Source: Negaprion brevirostris
Taxonomy: Eukaryota
Assembly (NCBI GenBank): GCA_030324005.1
Contig: JARDVH010000059.1
Location: forward strand, 86,662,370-86,726,369
Direction of reading: 5' to 3'
Length of the DNA stretch: 64,000 nt
Below, in pieces: positions 24,810 to 38,280 of this stretch. Under the pieces are notes generated by a model. That model did not search any database, was not told where the DNA came from, and saw only the letters and a program-made list of their open reading frames with translations. A program made the translations under genes and the position numbers. Position 1 is the first letter of the stretch, and each line of letters opens with the position of its first letter.

Positions 24810-25110
24810 CATGGGGAGATAGTGGTGTAGTGGTGATGCCACTGCACATCCAGAGGGAATGTTCTGGGGACATGGATTCTGATCCCACCAATTAATAAAC
24901 CTGGAAATAGAAGATTATGGTGACTGTGAAACTATTGTCAGTTTGTCATTAAAGCCAATCTTCCTCCCTAATGGCTCTTTAGGGAAGGAAATCTAGCAAC
25001 ATTACCCATCTGGCCAACATTTGTGACTCCAGATCTCAACAGTCCTAACAAACCAGTCTGTTTAAGGGCATTTAGAGAAAGGCAATGCCTACATTAAAAA
25101 AAAATAAGGA
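24810..25110 (+). mobile_element. Third tRNA-SINE family, old copy
   Basis: gtggtgtagtggt..ttctggggac..ctttagggaaggaaatct..tgtgactccag. Confidence 0.65.
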
Positions 25111-25322
25111 TATTCAGTTTAGATCACAATGTTGTTCAATTATTAATCTTTCAGAGCCATCTGGTGTTCGAATTGATATTGGGCGAAGTGTNNNNNNNNN
25201 NNNNNNNNNNNNNNNNNNNNNNNNNNNNNNNNNNNNNNNNNNNNNNNNNNNNNNNNNNNNNNNNNNNNNNNNNNNNNNNNNNNNNNNNNNNTTCCTGCCA
25301 CCTCCACACCCACCCCAGTCTG

Positions 25323-25917
25323 TATGAAATTTTTATGGGGAACAGAGGGAAGGGGATCCTGCACACTCTGCGAGTTAATGACCACCTAATGGCTTCACCC
25401 TGCTTCCATCACTGTTTACCCACAGCAGGGAAAGACCCCCGACATGTGGAAGCTCCACTGGCTGGGGTCAGACAAGGGGGTGGCTATCTCCTTTGCGGGG
25501 TCCGCTGTGTCCGTTGGAGACACCAAGTCGTACCACCACCCTGTACCAACCCCCACCCCCATTACCTCTTTACCGTCTCATTGGCCTGAGTTACCAGGGC
25601 CCGGCCAGCCTAACCCTGGTGAAATCCCGCCATTTAGCTTGATGTCTGGCTCCAGCGACATTTGCNNNNNNNNNNGCTGTCTCTAGTCCCAACATTACTT
25701 CCTCCTGGTTTTGCTGGGAGAGCTTCCAGCCACCCTTTTGGTCGGAAGCTCTCCGAGGTGGAACTTCCTGTTCCTCCCCCCGAAGGATAAAAACCCTGCC
25801 TCCAACCTGGTAATGGCCAATTGACTGACAGGGAGCAGCAATTCATCCCCAAGGTGGGCACCCCACTGACGTTTTAGCTAAGAAGGGTGAGAACCACTTG
25901 CCCCATAAAATCCAGCC
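25323..25917. mobile_element. Non-autonomous TIR DNA transposon candidate
   Basis: Inverted ttttatgggg (25331-25340) and ccccataaaa (25901-25910); GC-rich interior. Confidence 0.4.
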
Positions 25918-26177
25918 GGATGGATAGATTCAGTGCTGATCCCTNNNNNNNNNNNGTCATTAAATAATGTGGAACCAGTCCTATTTGATTATCATGGCCA
26001 AACTCAGTTGCATCCATGATGGTGAAGTGCCCTGAAGAGTTCAATTGCAGTTGGAACTGGAGTCAGAGGTGTGACGTATAAAAAGCAGCTGACACATTTC
26101 TGCCCAAGACAAATTTTATTCTTACACCTGCTACCCCCACCACATCTTTAGCCCGACTGGAAGCAAACAACCCCCAA

Positions 26178-26483
26178 GCATGGCACAGTGGTTAGCATTG
26201 CTGCCTCACAGCACCAAGGTCCCAGGTTCAATTCCGGCCTCGGGTGACTGTATGTGCGGAGTTTGCACGTTCTCCCCATGTCTGCCTGGATTTCCACCCA
26301 GGTGCTCCTGTTTCCTCCCACAGTCCAAAAATGTGCAGGTTAGGTTAATTGGCCATGTTAAATTGACCCTAGTATCAGGGAGATTAGCAGGGTAAACGTG
26401 TGGGGTTCTAGGGATAAGGCCTGGTTTGGATTGTGGTCAGTACAGACTTGATGGGCTGAGTGGCCTCCTTCTGTATGATTCTA
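26178..26483 (+). mobile_element. HE1 SINE, tail A
   Basis: Head, core and tail A. Confidence 0.87.
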
Positions 26484-27368
26484 AGTAGGGCTTCCAAGTG
26501 TGTATAATACTTAAGGCACTTGTGTGTAACCTTCTCACACCAGATGGTCTGGATTATCAAGAGAATGGGAATAATTTCAAACTAAGCCACCAGGTGGGAA
26601 AGCCATGGGACCAGGGAGAATGCTCATTTTTTGCCCCAGTCAATCCACCTGTTGACTTTAATGGGAATTAAAACTGGGCAGGTGTGAAACCAATGTTGCA
26701 CCCCATCAATCTATCTCCCTACTGCTGAGATAGGTCAAAAAGCACCCCATAGAACTGGGCNNNNNNNNNNNNNNNNNNNNNNNNNNNNNNNNNNNNNNNN
26801 NNNNNNNNNNNNNNNNNNNNNNNNNNNNNNNNNNNNNNNNNNNNNNNNNNNNNNNNNNNNAAAGATCTGTGTTCTGCCTGATCCCATCCATCCCCATCCG
26901 ATGCGTGAGGGTAAAAGTGTCCTTACGGGGTAGGGTGGATTCGGATAAAATTTTTCCCCCAGTGGCAACAACCCTTACAAAGTGCAGCTTGCCTGTTTCG
27001 ACATTGTTGCTGATCTGCCTGTTCAAAGAGCAAAGTCAGATCAGGGAAAAAGGAGGTGGAAAGATCAGCAGCATCATCGAACATCCTATTAAGATGTGGC
27101 TATGTTAAATTCATCCTGCTCACCCAGCTGCACATAATCTCTTTCCCAGTTTTCATATTTAACGTTTCTGAACAAATAAACATTGTGGAATTCAGAAATA
27201 ACTTGGTGTTGTTCCTCCTAAGTAGTTTTGAATTGGGAATTTGGATTTTCTGATAAGTAATTGGTCCACAATTGTTGTCTAGAATGGTAACTGATGTTTT
27301 TCAGCAGAGTACAATCAGGGAATGCAAAAAAAAAATCAAAGACTGGAGGGGGTTCATAGATGTAACTA

Positions 27369-27497
27369 CAGCCGGAATTCTCTGGACTCGCTACCACTGC
27401 CAGCGAGAATGGAGAATTTGGCACTCAGCCAAATCCCTGTTCTCAGCAGCAGGACTGGAGAATTCCAATCGCAGGCGAGGTCAGAGAATTCCTGCTG
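27369..27497. mobile_element. ~129-bp MITE
   Basis: TIRs cagccggaattctctg / cagagaattcctgctg (15 of 16 complementary). Confidence 0.75.
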
Positions 27498-28455
27498 ACA
27501 TATTTTTAAAGGTACGTCCTTTCATGTGCGTATTTTTCTGAACAAACTAAACATATTTGGATCCCAGTTGTTGTGAATATGTTGAACAGGGGGGCTAGTG
27601 TGCAATACAGGACTAAATGCACGTGAGACGACGTTCGCTCAGAGGTTGAATTCATGGGATGCTTTTCCTGTTGGGTGTCTGCGTGCATTGGATTTCCTGG
27701 GGAGCACTGCCCGTCTGTTCAGGAGCCAGCCCAATATGTAACCAGCAGAGTAGTCAATTTCCTTTACCAGCTCACACGTTCCTTTGAACAGTACACCCTG
27801 GCGGTCCTTACACACCAGGCTTTTCTTTTCTAAACAATTTGCCCCACGAGACTGACTCCTGCTTTCAGTTAAAAAGAAGCAATGCCCTTCAAAAAGAGTA
27901 AGGAAATGAAAATTACTCCCAGTTGGAGTAACCTACAACTCTTGTTCTTGCACTGAAGTGTTAAACTAACAAATGGTGTTTGTTTTACCTGCACTTTTCA
28001 CGGTTGAACCTGGAGTGTCACCAGTCTATTGAACCACAATGTACAAATCATCGCATCCCAGTTAGCCCTTTCTTCATTTGACATCCACATGTTGCTGTAC
28101 CCAACAGGGACCACTGAAAAAGAGTGGGATCCCCACCGCTGTTTTATTTCTCTCTCTCTGGACCGTCAGCCCTGAAATCAGTTATTGAATACTTAGCTTA
28201 AGTCAATTGTCATTCTTAACAATGCTTTTTCTTTGTCCTAATGCTCCCCTGCCTCACTGTGGGCCAAAGTAAGCTTTCGTTCTTAGTGTGCAGAGTTTTG
28301 TTAAATGAATAGCCAGCAGATCCATAACTTGCAGTTGTTGCTGATTGAATTATAGAACATCAAGAATTCGTTGTAGCAAAGGCCTTAAATTTACAATTGT
28401 CGCTTCACACTCGAACTGGGAACACACCAGAGGTGTATTTATAGCGGAATACGCT

Positions 28456-28582
28456 GGGTGGGATTTTTCAGCCACACTCGCCCCCAAGGCCGGAAAATCC
28501 CACCCGGGGTCAACAGACTTTGCATGGTCCGTGTCCCGCCTGCTACAATTCCTGTGGTGCGTAGGACGGGAAAATTTCACCC
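28456..28582. mobile_element. ~127-bp MITE
   Basis: gggtgggatttttc ... gaaaatttcaccc. Confidence 0.7.
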
Positions 28583-30556
28583 ACTGTGCCCAGGCGCAGG
28601 ACCCTGGCCAATGGGGAGACTCTGCGCCAGCCGATGCACTGGGCATCCAATCAGAGCCTGATTATGCCGCATCTGCTGATAGGCTCATTATACATGTTGA
28701 ACCTATCAGCTGGCAATGTAGAGTGCGGTCAGACTCTGACGGTGAGTCTGAAAGAGTGAGAAAATATTGGTCCAAACAGAGCAAGTGGTTAACTGGAGGC
28801 ATGCACGAGGAATAAAGAGAGGCAACCCAGGCACAGAGAAAGAGGCAGAGGATGTGGAGGTTTTACCATTTTTGCAAATGGCGAGCAGGTTTGCGACTCA
28901 ACCCTGAGTAAATCAGCAACAGCGAGGTGTCAAGCGCCGCCACAGGGTGAGGTCAGCCACCGAGGGAAGCAGCAGGCAAGGCGAGCAGGAGACTTGACTC
29001 AGGGCCGAGGGCAGGCCAGCAACTGCGAGGCGCAAGGTCTTGCAAGCCGCCACAAGGTGAGCTCGGCCACGAGTGGGGAGAGCAGGCAATTCAATCCAGA
29101 GCCAAGGGCAGGCTAGCAACAGTGAGACGCGAGGCCCAAAATCAAGCCTTAGACACGAGGAGATGGTAAGTGGGACAGGAAGCTGCCTTGAAGACCTCAG
29201 ATGAGTGAGGCGAGTAAGATTGTGAGAATGAGAGAGTGAGGGATGGCAGGTGACTGTGAGGGTTGTGAGATCAGGGGTGAAGAGGGGCCCAGAAATGAAG
29301 GTGCACGCGGGGGCCCCACGAACTGTAAATCCACCTCTGGAACACACAGCATTGCTGGACACGAAGGGCTTTGGTCTGCTCAATGTTCCCAGAATCTTCG
29401 TACAGATCCGTTCAAAGGATCGGTGCTTTGACTATTGTTAACCTTTGGTCATGTGTTCATCTCTGCATTGCCATGAGTATCTTGTTCAATCTTAAAAATT
29501 GTAGATGCCTATTCAAGTTAGAGTGACCAAGTCAAAGCTGACCAATCAATTAGCATTGTTAGTTGTCAGTGCAGTCACTACAGAGCATCAAGTAGGGGCG
29601 TACATTCCAGGAGGTGAGAGGTCAGCATAGAACATAGTTGGCCAAGCAGAAGAACAGGAAGAGGCAGGTAACACAGGAGTCTTTAAGACGTCACTTTCAG
29701 TATTAGAGATAACTGGGACTGTCAATACCTTGAAGGAGTGCAGCCCACACCTTTGCATCTATGGGCACAGGATTGTATAGGAGGGAAGAGCAAAGTGTAG
29801 AAATGCGGTTGGTGCAGGAAATTGCATTGTTGGGGAGACAGGTAGCCATTTTTTTAACCATCATCAGAGCCTTACATGGTGTGTGCCACCCAACTACCAT
29901 GGTAAAGGAGGGGGGAAGAGTATTCTACAGGGGGAAATGAGTGAGCCAGAAGTTGTGGTGCTTGTTGGTGCCAGCGATATAGCGAGGGAAGGCATTGAGC
30001 ATCTAAGGTCAGCTAAGGAGGAAGTTAAAAAGTGGGACCTCGAGGGGAGTAATCCAGAGATTACTCCCAGTGCCAGAGTAGAAAAAGGAATGCATGGCTT
30101 AAAGTATGGTGCAAGCAGGAGGGCTTCAGATCCTTGGCACATTGGGACCAGATTAGGAACAGAAAGCACCTGCTCAAAAGAGGTGAGTTGCACCGCAACA
30201 GGACTGGGACCAATGTCCTTGTGCAGCTCACTAATGCAGTTGGGAAGGATTTAAACTAATTTGGCAGGTGATAAGCACCAGCATAGGTAAAACGAAAAGA
30301 ACACTGTCCATAAAGTGAGAGTATGAGAGAGTACTAAAGAAGGGAGTTACCATATTAGATAGGAGCAAACTATGAATGAGTACAGAATAGCAAAAACCTG
30401 TTTATAATGCATTTACATAAACACACAAAGCATGATGAATGTTGGTGAGCTCCAAACACAAATAGAAGTCTAGTCATATGATACAGTGGCAATAATGGAA
30501 ACCTGGCTTCAAAACAGTGAGGATTGGGCACAATATACAAGTATACAAAGCATACG

Positions 30557-30862
30557 GGGGTGGCACAGTGGTTAGCACTGCTGCCTCACAGCGCCAGGGA
30601 TCCGAGTTCAATTCCTGGCTTGGGTCACTGTCTGTATGGAGTTTGGACATTCTCCCCATGTCTGCATGGGTTTCCTCTGGGTGCTCCGGTTACCCCCACA
30701 GTCCAAAGATGTGCGGGTTAGGTGGATTGACCATGCTAAATTGCCCCTTCGTGTCAGGAAGACTAGCTAGGGTAAATATATGGGGATAGGGCTTGGGTGG
30801 GATTGTGGTTGGTGCAGAACCGATAGGCTAAATGGCCTCCTTTTGCACTGTAGGATTCTATT
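30557..30862 (+). mobile_element. HE1 SINE, tail A, nested in the CR1 endonuclease region
   Basis: Full copy; the CR1 sequence resumes with agaaagggtaga..gggaagtggggtggcag. Confidence 0.9.
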
Positions 30863-31478
30863 CAGAAAGGGTAGAAAATGAATAAAGGGAAGTGGGGTGG
30901 CAGTAATGATTAGGGAAGACATTGTAGTATTAAAAAGAAAAGTTTCCTTTGAGGGCCAAGGACAGAGTCTATTTGGTTAGAGTTGAGAAGCAAAAAAAGG
31001 TACAATTATGCTATACACCTGGAAATACAGAGAGATAGAGGAATAGACATGCTGGATAGTCACAGAGAAATGCAAGAACTATTGCCTGTGACAAGAGGAA
31101 GTTCGAGGTGGAATGGGTCCTATTAGGGACAAAGAGGTTTATATATGCTCAGATGTGCAGAACGTGGTTGGAATACTTAATGAATACTTTGTATCAGCAT
31201 TCACTAAGGAAGAGGACCCTGACAATAGCTCTAGTGGAGGTAATGAATGGTGTGAAAATTGAAAGAATAAGGCTGGCTATGCTTAGGGTAGATTAATCAC
31301 TTGTTGTGAGCTTGCATCACAAGTTCCTGAAGGAGGTGGGGATGCATATAGTAGAAGGGCTTGCCTTAAATTTTCAAACTTCCTGAGAAATGGGTGAGGT
31401 GCTGGATTGATAAATGTGACACCTTTATTCAAGAGTGCAAGGACAGTCCTAGCAATAGAGCCAGTTAATCTAACACGA

Positions 31479-31605
31479 GGGGCGGAATTTCCAGGCCCAC
31501 CCACCATGAGATTTGTAGCAGGCTGGACATGGACGATGCAAAAGTCTATTGATGTTGAGCGGGATTTTTTGGCGTTGGGTCGAGCGCAGGCAGAAGATCA
31601 GGCCC
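31479..31605. mobile_element. ~127-bp MITE nested in CR1 ORF2
   Basis: ggggcggaatttcc ... gaagatcaggccc; reverse-complement homolog of 28456-28582. Confidence 0.65.
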
Positions 31606-32537
31606 AAGGGATGGGTAAGGTTTATGAATCCTTAATTGGGGAAAAAATGCCAATTGGAACTTGGAAAGGTTTGAATTAATTGGAGAGAGCCCAGGCGGAT
31701 TTGTAAAAGGCAGTTCATGCTTGACTAATCTAACTGACTCATTTGAGGAAGTAACAGAGGAAGTTGATTGAGGGAATGTGGTGGATGTTGTCTATGTGGA
31801 ATTTAAGGAAGCATTTGACAAGATACCACATCAAAGCCTGGTTGACAAACTTGAGGCTTATGGAGTAGGAAGGCCAGTGTGCAAGTGGATAAAAGAAAAC
31901 TGGCTTAAGGACGAAGAGTAGCAAGTCAAGGTAGATGGCTCTTTTTAGGACTGGCAGTTGACAGACAGTGGTATCCCCCAGAGGTGAGTGTTGGGCCCAC
32001 TCCAATGTTTGCTGTACACAGATATCTTGGATCATGGAATATGGAGCAAAGTTTGAAGATTTTCCAGTGATAACAAATTTGAAGAAGTGGCAAGCAGCAA
32101 GGATGATACAGATTGCCTGTAACATGACATTGATAGACCAGCAGAATGGACAGACCAGTAGCAGATGAAATTTAATACTAAAAACAATTTCAGTTGATGC
32201 ATCTTAGCAGAAGGGGTATGGAAGGGCAGTATGGAATTAATGAAACAATTCTAAAATGTATGCAGGAACAGAGACACCTGAGGATGCATGTTCTTTGATG
32301 TTTGAAGTTGGCAGGACATGTTGAGAGAATGGTTAGGAAAGCATATGGAATCCTGGCCTTCATAAATATATGCATTGAGCCATATTCTCTGGCCTTTCCC
32401 ACCAATGGGATTTTCCAGTCCTGCTGATGGTGACCCCCCCTCCCGTCCCCCGTCCACTCCCATTCCCATATCCCACATGGAGCCAGCATGGGTTCAATGG
32501 GCCAAATGGTCTCCATCTGTCCAATAACTGACTCTAC

Positions 32538-32664
32538 GGGTGGAATTTTACAACCTCGCTCGTCCCAAAACCATAAAATCCTACCCACGGTCAATGGACC
32601 TTTCCATGGTTTGCCCCTCGCCTTCTCCAATTCCCATGGTGGGTGGGACACTAAAATTCCAGTC
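32538..32664. mobile_element. ~127-bp MITE
   Basis: gggtggaatttta ... taaaattccagtc. Confidence 0.65.
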
Positions 32665-32704
32665 TATGACACTACATTTTGTAGTTTGAAACACTGGATT
32701 CTCT

Positions 32705-32920
32705 GGATAAGTGGATGTTAAAGATCTTATTGCATTATTTGAGGAAGAGCAGAAAGTTCTTCCAGTGTCCTGGACAACTGTTTTCTCAATTAGCACTATC
32801 CGAAACAGATTAATTGGTCATTTATCTCTATGTCATTTGTGGAAACTTGTATGCGACCAGATAGCCCTTCATTTCTCCAGCAAACAACAGTCAAGACTCT
32901 TTAAAATAATTGATAGCCAC
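32705..32920 (+). mobile_element. DeuSINE-like fragment
   Basis: gtggatgttaaagatc..tatttgaggaagagcag..gtgtcctggacaa..acagattaattggtcatt. Confidence 0.65.
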
Positions 32921-33037
32921 TTGTTTCTTCAAGGCTTCTGCCACTATAGTTTTAGCAGACATTAATTAGGAACCCTTGCATACAGGAAAACAGGATCTTC
33001 TCCAAAGTTACTAAGCCCTGAGGAAATGTTTCATGTT

Positions 33038-33166
33038 GGGCAGAACTCTACCACCTCACCCACCATCAGAGCAATCAGAGCGGGCGAGGGTCCAACAACA
33101 GAAATATCTATTGACCTCGGGCAGGAATTTCCGGTCTCGCCCAGGAGAGGCTGTAAAATCTGGCCC
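33038..33166. mobile_element. ~129-bp MITE
   Basis: gggcagaactcta ... taaaatctggccc. Confidence 0.65.
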
Positions 33167-33377
33167 ATTGTGACTGCCCCACTTTGTAACATCTCTGAGC
33201 AATAGGACAAGGCATGATATAAGTGCAGATCATTCTGTTAACGTAACAATCAATCAACGTAACAAATTTGCAATTTGTTTTCCCCGGAACGCCTTCTAAA
33301 TTCAGGACGTCCCCATTATGTTGGCTCACCAATCCATATGTCCATTATCAACTTGTTCTCAGTTTAACTTTATTGGA

Positions 33378-33670
33378 TTAAAGTTTATTTATTAGTGTCA
33401 CAAGTAGGCTTACATTAACACTGCAATGAAGTTACTGTGAAAAGCCCCTAGTTGCCACACTCTGGCACCTGTTTGGATACACTGTGGGAGAATTTAGCAT
33501 GGTCAATGTGCCTAACCAGCGCTGTGGGAGGAAAGTGGAGACCCCGGGGTAAACCCATGCAGACACAGGGAGAATGTGTGGACTCTACACAGACAGTGAC
33601 CCAAGACGGGAATCGAACCAAGGTCCCAGGGGCTGTGAGGCAATAGTGCTAACCACTGTGTCACCCATGT
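33378..33670 (-). mobile_element. HE1-type V-SINE, tail B
   Basis: Reverse-strand full copy. Confidence 0.88.
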
Positions 33671-33799
33671 TTGCACAAGTAGCGCTTTAGACATTTCTGT
33701 TTTCAACCCAAATGAGACTAGCAACCGTCCTTTTAAAAAGTGTTTCCAAATGCAATCTTATGTATGTCCTGTAGTAATTGCAAGGATTGGTGAACTCTA

Positions 33800-36250
33800 G
33801 ATAGTAGAATGAATTATAAAAGTTTATTTACAAGCAGATAAATATCCAGAGTACTTCACAATGTTAACACTTCCAGCTCTAGTTCCTACTCTGGCTGCAA
33901 AAGCCCATGCTTTGTACCAAGATGGTAGCAATCTTGAGCATAGCTCTACTGGTTGAGATTCGATTGTAGAGGCAGTTTGGGTTGGACTTGCATCACTCGG
34001 ACTTTCTTCTGGAATCTGTACCTCATGACTCACCATTTGCTCAGTTTCAGTGGGAGCAGCACTCTGTCCTGCCATTGGCTGATCAGCCACTTCATCCCTT
34101 AGACAAACAACAACGCTATTTGCTGGCACAATTGGTCAAGCAGTAACATTGACTTTTAGGATGGCTCCAGTCTCCTCNNNNNNNNNNNNNNNNNNNNNNN
34201 NNNNNNNNNNNNNNNNNNNNNNNNNNNNNNNNNNNNNNNNNNNNNNNNNNNNNNNNNNCTAAGACCCAACTTGGTCACTCCCCAGATTCCTCACAAAGAC
34301 TGGATCATCTATCACAAATGCTTGTTCTACTTCTGAGGAACCTTGGCTCCTCTTCTGACAACCCTGCCTGACCTCCCCACTCCCCACCAAATTTGGAACC
34401 ATCAGGCCCAACCTGGTTCTCAAGCATCATCTAATCAGCAGCTCAGCTGGAGCTATTCTGGTGGTGATGTGTGGGGTGGTTCTCTAGGCCAACAGGAACC
34501 GTGCTATCTTGGTTTCTAGTGATGTAGGCGGTTGCTTCTTCATACCAGTCTTGAAAGTCTGAATTACATGTTCGGCCAATCTAGGTACGATACAGCTCAG
34601 ATATGTTTTACATCATTAGATGTCATGAACTTTTCAAATTTGGTACTTGTTGTTCCATTGTCTGAGACAAATGCTTCTGATGTGTCATGAGTCAAGAAGG
34701 ATTGGTGCAGTTTCTTGCAGCATATTTACCTTATTTTGAATACCTCACTCCATTTCAGATGGGCATCCACTAACAAAAGGAACATCAAGCCCATGAATGT
34801 GCCAACATAATCCACATGAACCCTTANNNNNNNNNNNNNNNNNNNNNNNNNNNNNNNNNNNNNNNNNNNNNNNNNNNNNNNNNNNNNNNNNNNNNNNNNN
34901 NNNNNNNNNNNNNNNCCTATATCAGCATTGATGCCAGGCCACCAGATACAGTTTCTCAATCACATTTCCATCTTCATTACAGTGCCCGGGTGGGCACTGT
35001 GCAATTCTTCAGGCGATAATTCTCTTCCTGGAATGGGGATGACTACTCTCACTCCCCGAAGAATCACACCCTCCTCAGAACTGTGCTCGTTCTTCCTGAG
35101 CTGTTAAGGCTTCATTTTCCTCAGAAGCTGTCTCATTTCGCCATCCGTGCAGCATCATGCATTCAGTCCAGTATTTAATTTGTTGTGCTGTTACAGGTAA
35201 AGAATCTAAAAAGCCATTTTAATTCCTTGCGGGACTAGAGGAGGTGGCGTGCTTTTGGGTAACGGAAGGTAACTGCATTGGTTCTGTCAGTCCCTGGCCC
35301 ATGTTCAAAGACATACTCATAATCTGACAAGAACAGAGCCCGTCTCAATATTCTAGCAGAAGCAATTAGTGGAATTGCTTTGTTCTCCTTGAAAAGCCCT
35401 AAAAGCAGCTTTAGTCTATGATGATAGTAAAATGTCTCTCATAAATGTATTGATGAATCTTCATGTCATAGATAACAGCGAGGCCTACTTCTTCTCTCTG
35501 CAAGTACCCTCTTTCGATATCTGACAGGGTTCTTGATACATTTCCGATGGGTCTCACAGACCTTTCACCCATTGTGAGGGATAACACAGCCCAACCCCAT
35601 ATAATGATGCATCAGATGTAAGTATATCTTCTTAGAAGGATCAAAATGCACTAATGAACTTGTTGATTGAAATTTCTGCTTAATTTGGTTAAAAAACTCA
35701 TTTTTGTAGTGTTTTCCAACACCATCTCTGGTGCTTCTTTAACAGTATATGAAAAGATGCCAGATAGATTTGGGGGGAGCTGCCCATAATAGTTGACCAC
35801 CCAAAGGATAGTTTGGAGTTTTCCCAAGGATCTGAGTTCTGAGATGTTCCTAGGGGCTGCTGCCTCTTTAATCACTCTCATTTTGTCCCCCCTGAGATGT
35901 NNNNNNNNNNNNNNNNNNNNNNNNNNNNNNNNNNNNNNNNNNNNNNNNNNNNNNNNNNNNNNNNNNNNNNNNNNNNNNNNNNNNNNNNNNNNNNNNNNNN
36001 TTAACCCCCCCCCCCCCCCCCCCCCCCCCCACCCGCCGAGTCAATGACTTAATTGACTTGATAACTAAGATAAACCACCTCGCCTGCTTGGAAAGTGCAC
36101 CTTTCTCTTTGTAGGTGCACTCCTACCTTCTGATATCATTTCAAAACTTTGTCCAAATGTGTCTAATGTTCCTCCTCAGTGAACCCTGTTCAAGAGTTCC
36201 CTGAGCCCAAAACTGTCTTATTCCCAATGATCTTTTGCAGGCTGAGAAGA
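33800..36250 (-). mobile_element. Decayed Ty3/Gypsy pol relic (RT end, RNase H, integrase)
   Basis: RNCIWWPGINADI..RVHVDYVGTFMGLMFLLLVDAHLKWSEVF (integrase), DASLYGVG (RNase H-like, ~35590-35615), AAAPRNISELRS (RT-RH linker); multiple frameshifts. Confidence 0.85.
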
Positions 36251-36434
36251 CCATGCTGATTGGAATTCAAATGCCATGGTCTTTGTCTTACAGAATGATA
36301 AATAATAATTCATAAAATATCTTAATGACAAAGCCTTGCAGTTCACAAAGAAATACAGCAATTTGCCAAAACTGAACATCTTGACTGAAAAAGCAAAGAA
36401 TATTACAAGTATAGCAAGGTGACTCAGACATTGA

Positions 36435-37363
36435 GGGGCAGAATTTTATGACTTACCGAAGTCCATGGAGTTTTGGAACAGCTCGCCAGATTTTCCAGTC
36501 CCACCCCCATCATGCCAGGCTCAGAAGATTTTGCCTCTATTTTTATTTCGAAAACATTAGGATAGAAAGTTAAGGATGATGAGCAATCGGTTCTCGTCAT
36601 CTCGAGAGTCGACACCTAACAGGCAGTCGCCAACTCTCAAACTGCCATCACCATTTACTGCTGACTTGATTGGCTGAATATTTGTCCGCGCTTTGGTTGG
36701 ACATCCCACCTGTGAGAGTTGTCAAGCAATCAGACAGCTCTCTAACCCGGCCAGGCGCAGCATTGTGGTGGCCAGAAGCGACATTCCAGTGCTCTGGCTG
36801 GGACTAAGTTACAAAACTTTTTAAAAGGTAAACCCCAGGAGTCCCGGGGCCAGGTGGGTAGGGGAATCCTGTGGCTGGCCAAGGAGGGGACGGTGGGGGG
36901 TGATGTCACACTGTCAGGAGTTAGGCCGAGGGAGTAGGGGGGTCCTGGAGCTCCAATGTCCCAGAGTGAAGGGCACCCCAATTCTTCAAGGTGAGGTGCC
37001 CTGTCCCGTTCCTGCCAGAAAAGGGGAAAAATGTAAATGCCACATTCCCACTGTCCTGTACCCACTCCCTGAAGATTGAGGCTGGGCAGGATAAGACCCT
37101 TAACTGGCTGTTAAATGGGCACTTAAGTGGCCTTAATAGGTGAATGGATGGTAGTCACACCATAAGGCCTTGCTCTCCCAAACATAAAATTACCCCTGTG
37201 TTTGAGCAGGTTCCCTGGGTGTTTCCCAGTCAATCAATTTTACACTCTTCCCCTCTCCTCCCCACTACTTCTCCCCACCACCTCGCCGCGCCCCCCCACC
37301 CCCCCACCCCACCCCACAATCAAGCTCAGAACCTGCCTTCAGGGCAATGTAAAATCCTGCCCC
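36435..37363. mobile_element. ~930-bp non-autonomous TIR DNA transposon (PIF/Harbinger-like ends)
   Basis: ggggcagaatttta versus taaaatcctgcccc (13 of 14 complementary); GC-rich interior with no transposase seen. Confidence 0.55.
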
Positions 37364-37799
37364 AGCATTTTCTTGGAATAAAATTATTTTTCTCTGAACC
37401 ACAGAAATCCCACTTCAGTTAATGAACTTTTCCGCAGATTCAAAGCAGGCTTACAATGCTGGTGACTGAGGTGCAAAATGAAATGGCCAAGCACATTCCA
37501 ATTTGCAAAACTTCTTGGCCAGGCAACAGATGATCTGTGACTGACCATTGGCAGTGTTTCTTTACAGCTCTGTGGCTTTAAAACAATAAGCTACTTAAAC
37601 ACCAGCCCAGTGGAGAAACAGGGATAACTTTTTATGCATAATGTAACAAAATACCATCATCAGAAAGTAGGTGGGCATATCTTGGGAGTCTCTACTCCTA
37701 TCAGGTCTAGTTTGACGGGAGGATGGACTAGAGATTGCAAACAGATGGATAGTTGGGCCAATGCACGTTGATTATGCTGACGTGCAAGAAGAAGGTGGA

Positions 37800-37913
37800 C
37801 TAGCCATGTTATATTCTCTCAGTGTACCCGAACAGACGCCTGAGTGTGGCAACTAGGGGATTTTCACAGTAACTTCATTGCAGTGTTAATGCAGGTCTAT
37901 TTGTGACTAATAA
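37800..37913 (+). mobile_element. HE1-type tail-B 3' fragment
   Basis: tcagtgtacccgaacag..cacagtaacttcattgcagtg. Confidence 0.8.
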
Positions 37914-38029
37914 NNNNNNNNNNNNNNNNNNNNNNNNNNNNNNNNNNNNNNNNNNNNNNNNNNNNNNNNNNNNNNNNNNNNNNNNNNNNNNNNNNNNNNN
38001 NNNNNNNNNNNNNTCAAAGTTGTAGGTGT

Positions 38030-38280
38030 TAAAGGTGCATAGCGAGGTGAAGAGTTTTTGGGAAGGGAACTGCAAATCTTGAGGCACTGGCATCTGAATT
38101 CACGGCCATCAATCGTGAAGTGATGACAATTGTGGATGTGCACAAAACCAGAACGGAAGGATTGCAGAGAATTTGGATGGATGTATGGCTGGAAGCGGGT
38201 GACAGAGATGGGGAAAGGGCACGGTCATAGAACAATTTGAAAACAAGGATAAGAATTTTGAATTCTTTGTGACAGCTTCT
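38030..38280 (-). mobile_element. L2 LINE ORF2 C-terminal fragment
   Basis: Translation FKILILVFKLFYDRALS resembles the L2 FKILLLVFKSLHGLAP motif. Confidence 0.65.

Larger units (their letters stand above)
29550..32380 (+). mobile_element. Decayed, internally deleted CR1 (HER1-like) LINE with ORF1 esterase, endonuclease and RT remnants
   Basis: ORF1 ILQGEMSEPEVVVLVGASDIAR (~29920-29990); APE-like CIYINTQS..EL..YDTVAIMETWL (~30405-30510); RT GFVKGSSCLTNL..FEEVT..VDVVYVEFKEAFDKIPH (~31695-31835); many stops and frameshifts. Confidence 0.85.
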
